From positions 1 through 59,006 of the forward strand of contig JBFLWF010000015.1 of NCBI GenBank assembly GCA_040758355.1: a stretch of 59,006 nt of DNA, in the 5' to 3' direction. The stretch comes from Nitrospirota bacterium (lineage in GTDB: Bacteria > Nitrospirota > Thermodesulfovibrionia > Thermodesulfovibrionales > Dissulfurispiraceae). The translations under genes were made by a program, and so were the position numbers. Shown here one piece after another: positions 39,440 through 47,212 of the stretch; the first letter of the stretch is position 1, and each line of letters opens with the position of its first letter. The notes under the pieces were generated by a model. That model was not told the origin of the DNA. It saw only the letters and a list, made by a program, of their open reading frames with translations, and made no database searches.

Positions 39440-39455
39440 TGGCATGTCTATTGCT
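39440..39455 (+). promoter_or_regulatory. Sigma54 (-24/-12) promoter
   Basis: TGGCAT-gtcta-TTGCT, GG-N10-GC spacing, about 40 bp upstream of the rhodanese ATG. Confidence 0.85.
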
Positions 39456-39494
39456 TTCACCTCATCAATCATTTCTGTAAAAGGGAGGTATGAG

Positions 39495-40490
39495 ATGAGG
39501 GCAAAGGGTTTATTAATAATGGTGATGATGGTGGTTGCAGCTATATCCACTAATGCCTATGGATGGGCAAATCCGGATATCTTAATGAATCCCGATGATG
39601 TGGAGAAGGTTGCTGCAAAACCTGACTGGGTAATCCTTGACTGCCGGGGCAAAGAGGCATACGAGAAAGGGCATATCCCCGGAGCTATAGTCCTTGATTG
39701 CAGGAAAGACCTGAGGGATGGGACAGAAAGGGCATTAAAGCCTGCACAGTTGGAAAAGATACTCGGAAATGCAGGCATTGGTAACGACAAGAATGTTGTT
39801 GTATATGGAGATGCAAAGGATATAGTCCATGCAAGTGTAGGATTCTGGATACTTGAGTACATGGGGCATGATAAGGTCCATTTCCTCGACGGCGGTCTTA
39901 CTGAATGGAAAGCGGCTGGAAAACCTGTAACAACAGAGCCGAAGACATTGCCGCCGGCAACATTCAAGGCTAAGGTTGTTCCATCAAGGTATTCCTCAAC
40001 AGATGAGATTGTTAAGATTGCAAAGGGAGAGACAAAAGGTATTCAGGTTATAGATGCAAGGACGGAAAAGGAATACAATGGTAAAGAGTCCCGCTCCTTA
40101 AGGGGAGGCCGTGTTCCCAATACAACCATAAATGTATCCCACGAGCTTACATACGACAAGCGCACAGGAAAGCTGCTTCCCGAGAAGTTTTTAGAAAAAT
40201 CTTACGGCAGTCTTGATAAGAATAAAAGGACGGTAGGATTGTGCCAGACAGGCTCACGCTCCACGCTTACATATCTGCAGTTGAGGCTTATGGGCTTCAA
40301 AGACCCTGCAAATTATGATGATTCATGGATTGTGTACGGCAGCAGCATTTATCCACCCTATCCGGTGGAGAACGAGCAATGGATAAATCTGGAGGGCATT
40401 GTGAAAATGGCGGCTGACATAAAGAAGCTTAAGAAAGAGATCGCGGACCTGAGGAAAGAGTTAAATCTGCCGCCGAAAGAAGAGAAGTAA
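39495..40490 (+). CDS. Exported tandem-domain rhodanese (sulfurtransferase)
   Basis: Signal peptide ending AYG; 'YEKGHIPGA', 'LDGG..EWK', active loop 'LCQTGSRS', 'NYDDSW'; C-terminal coiled coil. Confidence 0.92.
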   Translation: MRAKGLLIMVMMVVAAISTNAYGWANPDILMNPDDVEKVAAKPDWVILDCRGKEAYEKGHIPGAIVLDCRKDLRDGTERALKPAQLEKILGNAGIGNDKNVVVYGDAKDIVHASVGFWILEYMGHDKVHFLDGGLTEWKAAGKPVTTEPKTLPPATFKAKVVPSRYSSTDEIVKIAKGETKGIQVIDARTEKEYNGKESRSLRGGRVPNTTINVSHELTYDKRTGKLLPEKFLEKSYGSLDKNKRTVGLCQTGSRSTLTYLQLRLMGFKDPANYDDSWIVYGSSIYPPYPVENEQWINLEGIVKMAADIKKLKKEIADLRKELNLPPKEEK

Positions 40491-40509
40491 GGAGATTGCA
40501 GAGGTCAGC

Positions 40510-41040
40510 ATGGGTGAAAGGATAAAAATAGTTCCGCTTGGCGAAGTTGATGGGGGTCTTATTATGGAGGTTGCAACTCAGGTCAGTATGACATTAGGAA
40601 TAACCGCAATAGTTGACGAGATGCAGCACTATCATGAATCCGCCTATAACCGCCAGAGGAACCAATATTCTGCCGAAGCCTTCCTGAGATTTATGGAAGG
40701 GGTTCGAGGGGAAACCCCGTTTCCTCTCGAACACAGGCTGCTCGGCATCACCGATGTTGACCTCTATATTCCTGATTTGAATTACGTATTCGGACTTGCA
40801 GATGGGTCCAGTGCTGTTGCCATTGTCTCTGTTTCGAGATTTAAAAAAGGGAATGGGAAGGTTGTTGAGAGGGCTGTTAAAACCGCAGTCCATGAGCTCG
40901 GGCACACATACGGGCTTGACCACTGCCATGACAACAAATGCGTCATGTATTTCTCCTACAATCTTTCGGATACGGATTATAAGGGGAAAGAATTCTGCAT
41001 CAAATGCCGGAAGATATTGAATAAAAGGAATATCACATGA
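40510..41040 (+). CDS. Archaemetzincin-family Zn metalloprotease
   Basis: 'HELGHTYGLDHC...CVM.FS......D.K...FC..C', 'NYVFGLA'. Confidence 0.9.
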   Translation: MGERIKIVPLGEVDGGLIMEVATQVSMTLGITAIVDEMQHYHESAYNRQRNQYSAEAFLRFMEGVRGETPFPLEHRLLGITDVDLYIPDLNYVFGLADGSSAVAIVSVSRFKKGNGKVVERAVKTAVHELGHTYGLDHCHDNKCVMYFSYNLSDTDYKGKEFCIKCRKILNKRNIT

Positions 41041-41339
41041 AACTGGGTATCTTAGTAAACACAGACAAAAATCTCAATCATATATTGGGCATTACAAAGG
41101 CTGCGATAGAGAAAGGGCATGAGGTCATCATATTCAATATGGACGAAGGGGTCAGGCTCTTTAACGAGCATGCCTTCAGGGCATTATGCAGCACGAGAGG
41201 CGTATCCATGAGCTTCTGCGACCACAGCACCCATGTCATGAATGTATCAAAGGAAGGCATCCCTGAAGAAATAATCTGCGGCAGCCAGTACAACAATGCT
41301 GTCATGAACAACGATGCAGACAGGGTTATTGTTTTGTAA
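41037..41339 (+). CDS. DsrE-like sulfur relay protein
   Basis: 'GHEVIIFNMDEGV', conserved Cys in 'SFCDHS', 'GSQY', 'ADRVIVL'. Confidence 0.8.
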   Translation: MKLGILVNTDKNLNHILGITKAAIEKGHEVIIFNMDEGVRLFNEHAFRALCSTRGVSMSFCDHSTHVMNVSKEGIPEEIICGSQYNNAVMNNDADRVIVL

Positions 41340-41348
41340 GGAGATATT

Positions 41349-41630
41349 GTGGATAAGAAGAAAATAGCAGTAATTATTAGAGACAGACAGGCAGAGGCAT
41401 TCAGGATGAGCGTTGGCCTCACTGTCCTTGATGACACAATAGACGTATTCATAACTCAACCTGTTAAGGATGACAAGGAGACCCTTACCCAACTTGAAGG
41501 GGCAAAGGAAATGAAGGAACTGGGCATCATAAATATTCTTACAACTGTTGAAGGAACAGACTTTGAGTTTATAACCATAAATGATATGGCAGAAAAACTG
41601 CTCCAATACGACAACATCCTGCCGTATTGA
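41349..41630 (+). CDS. DsrF-like small protein (Cys-free)
   Basis: 'KIAVIIRDRQAEAFRMSVGL', '.D.ILPY' C-terminus; follows DsrE-like gene; GTG start after GGAG. Confidence 0.6.
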   Translation: MDKKKIAVIIRDRQAEAFRMSVGLTVLDDTIDVFITQPVKDDKETLTQLEGAKEMKELGIINILTTVEGTDFEFITINDMAEKLLQYDNILPY

Positions 41631-41654
41631 GGAGCCAAATATTGTGGAGAGTAT

Positions 41655-41825
41655 ATGAGGGTCTTATATCTGATTAAATCCGGACATGATGAAACCATAA
41701 ATAAGATAATAGATGTGCATAAAGCAGAAAACGATGTTAAGGTCATTGACCTCACAGAGGGCAATATTTCTTATGGGAGTCTCGTAGAAGACATGTTTAG
41801 TTATGACAAAGTTATATCATGGTGA
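41655..41825 (+). CDS. DsrH/TusB-like 56-aa protein (absent from ORF track)
   Basis: Hand translation MRVLYLIKSGHDE...ISYGSLVEDMFSYDKVISW*; the 'Y..LV.......VISW' ending resembles DsrH; GGAG RBS. Confidence 0.7.
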   Translation: MRVLYLIKSGHDETINKIIDVHKAENDVKVIDLTEGNISYGSLVEDMFSYDKVISW

Positions 41826-41837
41826 AGGAGGGTAAGA

Positions 41838-42002
41838 ATGGGTGAGGTAAGAGGCGGATTGACATTACCGTGGCTGTGGGTAGCAGTTATTATTGCCCTT
41901 TTGTCTCTGGGCTTTATACTGCCGCCCCTTGATAAGCCGCTAAGGGATCTTGCCAAGCAGGCAGAGCAGATGAAGGCGGCACAGGAACCTGTTTCTCAAT
42001 AA
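41838..42002 (+). CDS. 54-aa single-TM membrane protein (absent from ORF track)
   Basis: MGEVRGGLTLPWLWVAVIIALLSLGFILPPLDKPLRDLAKQAEQMKAAQEPVSQ*; strong AAGGAGG RBS. Confidence 0.65.
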   Translation: MGEVRGGLTLPWLWVAVIIALLSLGFILPPLDKPLRDLAKQAEQMKAAQEPVSQ

Positions 42003-42040
42003 GACTTTTTAGACAAAATATCAATATGGAGGTATAAGAG

Positions 42041-42517
42041 ATGAAAACGAAAAAGACAATAGTATTGGCGGTTATGCTGTCACTGGCATTTTTGACAATG
42101 CCTTTGATAAGCGGGCTTAAAAAGGCACAGACTACTGTTTCACTGGTATCTGTGGCATATGCTGATGAGGCAAAGGATTTTAAATGGATCCCGAGAAGAC
42201 CAGGGATTACGAGGGCACAGATAGCCCTCGGAAGGGCTGTTACAATACCCTTTGAATTTACAGTTACAGGAAATGTGAAAAAGGTGAGGTTTGAATTGCC
42301 AAAGAAATTTGTAGACCTCGGCATTGATATTCTGGAAGACGAAGTGGCTGTTAAGGGCGGTAAGGCTTCGTCATCCGTTGCGTTCACCGTGCCACCTGGA
42401 AAACCATTGGGCAAGTTCGACATGGCAGTTACTGCAAAGGATGCAGCAACAGGAAAAGAGATAGGCAAAGGCACAATACAGTTTATGCTGCTACCGCCGG
42501 GTGTGGGTGGATGTTAG
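42041..42517 (+). CDS. Exported beta-sandwich-like protein with a C-terminal GGC (putative sulfur carrier)
   Basis: N-terminal hydrophobic leader with an AYA site; beta-strand pattern; sole Cys is the last residue (PPGVGGC*). Confidence 0.7.
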   Translation: MKTKKTIVLAVMLSLAFLTMPLISGLKKAQTTVSLVSVAYADEAKDFKWIPRRPGITRAQIALGRAVTIPFEFTVTGNVKKVRFELPKKFVDLGIDILEDEVAVKGGKASSSVAFTVPPGKPLGKFDMAVTAKDAATGKEIGKGTIQFMLLPPGVGGC

Positions 42518-42546
42518 AGGTAAAAACAAAAGGGGAGGGATGATAT

Positions 42547-43953
42547 ATGAGCGACTTTGATTTTGGCATAAAAGGCTGGTGGGACTCATGGTACAAAAAA
42601 TTCTTCAGGGAAAAATGGCCCCTATGGATAGCAGCCATATTCATGGCGCTTTCAGGGATAATAGCATACGGAATAGCCGTATGGTCATTGTCGAGGACAG
42701 TTACGGGTGAGAATCCCTATGATCAGGCAAAACCGCTCGGAACATTCCTGGGACTTAAAGAACTCGGAGGCATTATCAACAGCTTCCTCGGCAAGATAGG
42801 TCTGCCTCACTATCCTTTCAATGGCTATATATGGCCTGACGGGCAGACCATAAACTATTTTGTCCAGTATCCCAATCCTTTCCTTGAGCCGACAGCAGGG
42901 ACGATGCTCGGCATACTCTTCGGAGGGCTGATCGCCGCGCTTTTGGCAAAGGAGTTCGCACTCAAGGTGCCTCTTGACAAGACGGAGTACGGACTTGCGC
43001 TTTCCGGCGGAGTGATGATGGGTATAGGCGCGGTCTTTATGTTCGGTTGTCCCCTGGTAAGTACGACTAATATAGGCGCCATGGGTGTTCAGGCTATTCT
43101 TATGGTTATAGGCATGACCATAGGCTCATTCTTTGGAGCAAAGATAATTATCTGGCTTGAGAAGCGAAGGCTGGCATCCCTCGCGTGCGCTGCCGATGGT
43201 GCAGGCTATAGACCATTAATGCATTTTGAAAAGACAAAGACCATATGGCCTAAAATGCCGGCTAATGCGGACGGAGGCGAGCCATTCGGCATAAGGTTCC
43301 AGCCTGTAATGGCAATAATCCTTACGGTCGTTATGTTCATGGTTTTGGCACGGTTCACCAAGATCGGCTACCCTGCCCTCTCCATGTCATTTCTGGCAGC
43401 AACACTAACGGGCTTTGCAATGCAGAGGGGAGGCATGTGCTTTGCCTATGCATACAGGGAACCCTTTTTAACAGGCTTCAGCGATATGTCGAGGGCAATG
43501 GCGCTTCTCTACGCACTGCTGGTGATAGGTTTTCTCCCATTCAAACTCCTTGGCTCCGTGTCCCCTGATATCGCCTATGCCGAGATATTCGCCATAAGCC
43601 CTGCAGGTATCGGAATACTCATTGGTTCAGCCCTGTTCGGGCTCGGCATGGCGCTCAACGGAGCGTGCGTTAGCGACAGTCTCTGGAGAACTGCCGAGGG
43701 GCAGGTAAAAATATGGGTAGGGCTCTTAACACTCATATGCGTTTCCTCATGGCTCTTCCCGATGAGGGAGGAGGCATGGTTTAAGACCATCTTTGCGCCG
43801 TACGGCTCAAAGAATATAACGGATGTGTATCTGCCCCAGATATTCGGGAGTTATCCCATAGCGGTCGTATTTACCATAAGTGTGATACTTCTATGGGCGC
43901 TCGTTATGACATGGTTTGCAGGCAGGACATTCAAAAAATATATGGAAGGATAG
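42547..43953 (+). CDS. YeeE/YedE-family transporter with swapped half order
   Basis: 'GGVMMGIGAVFMFGCP' precedes 'QRGGMCF' and 'GMALNGACV'. Confidence 0.85.
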   Translation: MSDFDFGIKGWWDSWYKKFFREKWPLWIAAIFMALSGIIAYGIAVWSLSRTVTGENPYDQAKPLGTFLGLKELGGIINSFLGKIGLPHYPFNGYIWPDGQTINYFVQYPNPFLEPTAGTMLGILFGGLIAALLAKEFALKVPLDKTEYGLALSGGVMMGIGAVFMFGCPLVSTTNIGAMGVQAILMVIGMTIGSFFGAKIIIWLEKRRLASLACAADGAGYRPLMHFEKTKTIWPKMPANADGGEPFGIRFQPVMAIILTVVMFMVLARFTKIGYPALSMSFLAATLTGFAMQRGGMCFAYAYREPFLTGFSDMSRAMALLYALLVIGFLPFKLLGSVSPDIAYAEIFAISPAGIGILIGSALFGLGMALNGACVSDSLWRTAEGQVKIWVGLLTLICVSSWLFPMREEAWFKTIFAPYGSKNITDVYLPQIFGSYPIAVVFTISVILLWALVMTWFAGRTFKKYMEG

Positions 43954-43963
43954 GAGGGTTGAA

Positions 43964-44200
43964 ATGACAACAGAAGTCAAAATCGATAAAGTCCTCGACG
44001 TTAAAGGCTTGGTATGCCCGAGGCCTATGGTAATGACCATGAACACATTAAAAACCATGGAAAAGGGGCAGGTTCTTCATGTGCTGGCAAATGACAGCAG
44101 CACAAAGCACAGCATCCCTGCCCTCTGCGAGAGGAGCGGCTATAAGCTTGTGGAGATGAAAGATGAGGCTGGTACTATCAGCTTCATCATTCAAAAATAA
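43964..44200 (+). CDS. tusA: Sulfur carrier TusA
   Basis: 'LDVKGLVCPRP', 'GQVLHVLAND', 'IPALC'. Confidence 0.9.
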   Translation: MTTEVKIDKVLDVKGLVCPRPMVMTMNTLKTMEKGQVLHVLANDSSTKHSIPALCERSGYKLVEMKDEAGTISFIIQK

Positions 44201-44226
44201 CCGGCCAGAAGTGATTTGGAGGTCAT

Positions 44227-44685
44227 ATGTATAAGAACATTTTGTTGCCGACAGATGGCTCTGAACTCTCGGAGAAGGCAGTAAAAAGCGGTGTCGCCCT
44301 TGCTAAACTCCTTAATGCAAAGGTGACAGGGCTTTATGTGATACCAAAACCTTCTTCAGGCGATATCTGGGATGTGTGGGCGCCTGAAAATACAGAAGAA
44401 GGAAGGATGTTCAGGACTAAATTCGAGGCATCATTTGAGTGTGTGGCAGCGAGGTATCTCGATGCGATCGAGAATGCAGCGAAAGAGGCAGGAGTGCCCT
44501 GTGAATGCCTTTATGTAAAAGGCGAGTCTCCTTCGGAGGAAATAATAAAAACAGCAGAAAACAAGGGCTGCGACCTCATCTTTATGGCATCCCACGGCAA
44601 GAGAGGTATAGGTTCTATCCTCGGAAGCGTGACAACAAAGGTTTTGGCGAGTTCAAAGGTCTCCGTGCTGGTACATAGATTATAA
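44227..44685 (+). CDS. Universal stress protein
   Basis: 'ILLPTDGSELS', 'DLIFMASHGKRG', 'LGSVT.KVL'. Confidence 0.92.
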   Translation: MYKNILLPTDGSELSEKAVKSGVALAKLLNAKVTGLYVIPKPSSGDIWDVWAPENTEEGRMFRTKFEASFECVAARYLDAIENAAKEAGVPCECLYVKGESPSEEIIKTAENKGCDLIFMASHGKRGIGSILGSVTTKVLASSKVSVLVHRL

Positions 44686-44725
44686 GCGGGAGGCGGAACC
44701 TCTGAAACCCTCCATTCCGCCAATT

Positions 44726-44755
44726 GGGCGAACCTTAGTGTTCGCCCTCCTTTTT
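44726..44755 (+). terminator. Probable intrinsic terminator ending the sulfur operon
   Basis: gggcgaac-cttagt-gttcgccc followed by tccttttt; a second hairpin at 44692-44721. Confidence 0.55.
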
Positions 44756-45536
44756 AACCTTCCATTAACTCATCGATCTTTTTTCCGATGTCCTCTGCTT
44801 CCATCAGTGAAGTGCCGATGAGCATCGCATCTATTCCTGCATCTTGCAGCTTGACCACATCATTTCTATTCTTGATTCCGCTTTCGCTTACCACTATTTT
44901 GTCTTTTGGGATATTCTTTTTTAATCTGAAGGTTGTTGATAAATCGATCTTTAATGTTTTCAGGTTGCGATTGTTAATTCCGATTGTATCTGCATCTATC
45001 AATAGCGCCTTCTCCAGATCATCCTCATCGTGAACCTCGAACAATACATAAAGCCCCAACTCTTTTGCGAGGTGGAGGTATTCCTCTGCCTGATTTTTAT
45101 CGAGAATTGCTGCGATCAAGAGCATGGCATCGGCGTGATTCACACTTGATTCATATATCTGGTATTCATCGAAGATAAAATCTTTTCTTAAAACTGGCTT
45201 TGATATTATATCTTTGACTGCCTTGATATACGAGATATGCCCCTGGAAAAAATCTTCTTCAGTTAAAACAGATATGGCATTTGCATCTTTTTTATCATAT
45301 ATGGATGCTATTTTGATCAGGTCAAAATCTTTTCTTATAATGCCCTTTGATGGCGATGCCTTTTTTATCTCTGCTATGAGTTTTATCTTTTCGCCATTTC
45401 TTTTTATGGCACTTCCGAAGTCCCTTGTTTTATCTACATCCCGCAGGCGATTTTTTAGGTCATTAATGGGAATGGCGATTTTTGAATGCCTTAGCCGTTC
45501 AGCTTTCTTTTTGACGATTTCATTTAAAATGTTCAT
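44754..45536 (-). CDS. trpC: Indole-3-glycerol phosphate synthase
   Basis: 'IAEIKKASPSKG', 'SVLTE', 'LRKDFI', 'GINNRNL', 'SESGI'. Confidence 0.97.
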   Translation of the reverse strand: MNILNEIVKKKAERLRHSKIAIPINDLKNRLRDVDKTRDFGSAIKRNGEKIKLIAEIKKASPSKGIIRKDFDLIKIASIYDKKDANAISVLTEEDFFQGHISYIKAVKDIISKPVLRKDFIFDEYQIYESSVNHADAMLLIAAILDKNQAEEYLHLAKELGLYVLFEVHDEDDLEKALLIDADTIGINNRNLKTLKIDLSTTFRLKKNIPKDKIVVSESGIKNRNDVVKLQDAGIDAMLIGTSLMEAEDIGKKIDELMEG

Positions 45537-45596
45537 CCAAAATTTTACTTGAATTTCAAAAAAGAAAACAACCTTTCTACCTTAATCCCCGTAACG

Positions 45597-45766
45597 ATGG
45601 ATGTCGAGCATGCTTACAAAGCCTTTACAAAGTGTTGGTCTTTAATTTATACCAGAGATGATCTATGCATCACTCGATAAGAGAGCAATGTTGTAGATGA
45701 CGGATTCAAGATAATGCAGTTGAATATTCCGAGTGCAAAGGCTTTTTCAGCACACTCGACATTCAT
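45597..45766. mobile_element. Degenerate MITE-like element with about 30-bp imperfect inverted ends
   Basis: atgtcgagcatgcttacaaagcctttaca versus tgcaaaggctttttcagcacactcgacat. Confidence 0.5.
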
Positions 45767-45866
45767 TTCGAAATATTTGGCTGCGGATTTAGCTTTCTAT
45801 TTGTTGGATTAATTTCTCGCATATCGTGCTATGATTTTAAAAAGTCCTCGAAAGGGGGAATGACAC

Positions 45867-46280
45867 ATGAAGCTATGCATTACTACTACCGGAAGGGATT
45901 TAGATTCAAGTGTTGACGAGAGGTTTGGAAGGGCATCGTATTTTCTGATAATCGATACGGAAACGATGAAGTTTGAGGCTGTCCGTAACACCGCACAAAC
46001 AGCAGGACGCGGTGCCGGTATCGGTGCAGCGCAGATAATATCTGATAAAGGCGCAGATGCACTGCTCACAGGCGTTGTGGGTCCCAATGCATTCGCTGCC
46101 CTGAAGGCGGCAAACATTAAAATCTATGAAGGCGCATCAGGGGCCGATTCTGTGAGGGATGCCGTGGAGAAATTCAAAAATGGTGAATATAAAGAGGCAT
46201 CTGCTCCATCGGGAGGCACTGGTTATGGATGGGGACGGGGGAGAGGCCTCGGTTATGGAAGGGGTAGAGGGAAATGGTAA
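45867..46280 (+). CDS. NifB/NifX-like (COG1433) metal-cluster-binding protein with Gly/Arg tail
   Basis: 'VDERFGRASYF', 'GAGIGAAQ', 'TGVVGPNAF'; tail GWGRGRGLGYGRGRG. Confidence 0.88.
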   Translation: MKLCITTTGRDLDSSVDERFGRASYFLIIDTETMKFEAVRNTAQTAGRGAGIGAAQIISDKGADALLTGVVGPNAFAALKAANIKIYEGASGADSVRDAVEKFKNGEYKEASAPSGGTGYGWGRGRGLGYGRGRGKW

Positions 46281-47212
46281 AGGCAGAGGGTTTACCGATA
46301 GAGGTGATAAAGTCCATTCACGAAAAGGACTTCAAGACACCTGTAATCTCCATTACAGGCGGGAAAGGCGGCACAGGAAAGACTACAGTGGCTGTAAATC
46401 TTGCTGTGGCGCTGGCGGATGCCGGCTATAAAGCAGCGCTTGCAGATGCTGATGTGGATGCCCCAAATGCAGCTATTCTTCTCGGCATCAGCCTTGACAA
46501 CCCTGATGATGTGTTTATCACCATTCCGCTAATAGACAAAGACAAATGCACATCTTGCGGCGACTGTGTGAAGGCCTGCAGGAGAAACGCCCTCTTTATG
46601 CCGAAAGGAAAGCCTCCCATCCTCATGGGGGAGTGCAATGGATGCGAGGCATGCATTCTCATATGCCCGTCGGATGCGATAGAGAGAGGTAAAAGGGCAG
46701 TGGGCAGGACATACAGAAGCGAAATGCAAAACCTGACTATCTTTACAGGAGAGCTCACTCCGGGTATAGAGGAGAGCTCATTTGTTGTGAATGCCCTTAA
46801 AGAAAGACTCTTCAAAAAGGCAGGGGATTTTGACATAATCATCATCGATACTTCACCGGGTGCTCATTGCAATGTTATAAATGCACTGAGAGGGTCCGAT
46901 GAGGCCTTTGCTGTAACCGAGCCAACCCCTCTCGGCGCCCATGATCTCAAGCTAATCCTCGGACTTTTACATATACTTCAAGTAAGATCGAATATCATTC
47001 TGAACCGGTCTGACCTGCCGGGAATAAAAGGGCAGATAGAGTCCGTCATGAAGATTTATAATGCCGGCATTTCCATAGATATCCCCATGGACGACCTGCT
47101 TGTGAGGAGTTATGTGGAAGGAACTCCTGTTGTGAGGATGTATCCTGAGGCAGAGAGTTCTTTAAGGATTTCTAAACTGGCTAAAGAAATAATACAAAGG
47201 CATCTCACATGA
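46274..47212 (+). CDS. MinD-superfamily P-loop ATPase with inserted ferredoxin domain
   Basis: 'GGKGGTGKTT', 'DADVDAPN', two CxxCxxCxxxC motifs, 'DTSPG..C', 'VTEPTP.G.HDL'. Confidence 0.9.
   Translation: MVKAEGLPIEVIKSIHEKDFKTPVISITGGKGGTGKTTVAVNLAVALADAGYKAALADADVDAPNAAILLGISLDNPDDVFITIPLIDKDKCTSCGDCVKACRRNALFMPKGKPPILMGECNGCEACILICPSDAIERGKRAVGRTYRSEMQNLTIFTGELTPGIEESSFVVNALKERLFKKAGDFDIIIIDTSPGAHCNVINALRGSDEAFAVTEPTPLGAHDLKLILGLLHILQVRSNIILNRSDLPGIKGQIESVMKIYNAGISIDIPMDDLLVRSYVEGTPVVRMYPEAESSLRISKLAKEIIQRHLT

Noticed and set aside
42041..42517. True SoxY of a Sox pathway
   Set aside because: Ends in GGC rather than GGCGG, no Tat motif, and no soxZ/A/X/B in the window; kept only as an analog
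33821..44200. Selenoproteins among the thioredoxin, DsrE, TusA and YeeE genes
   Set aside because: Catalytic positions are Cys codons; the TGA codons seen are ordinary stops followed by the next gene
45540..45830. T-box or trp attenuator upstream of trpC
   Set aside because: No T-box consensus or Trp-rich leader peptide found; the structure looks like terminal inverted repeats
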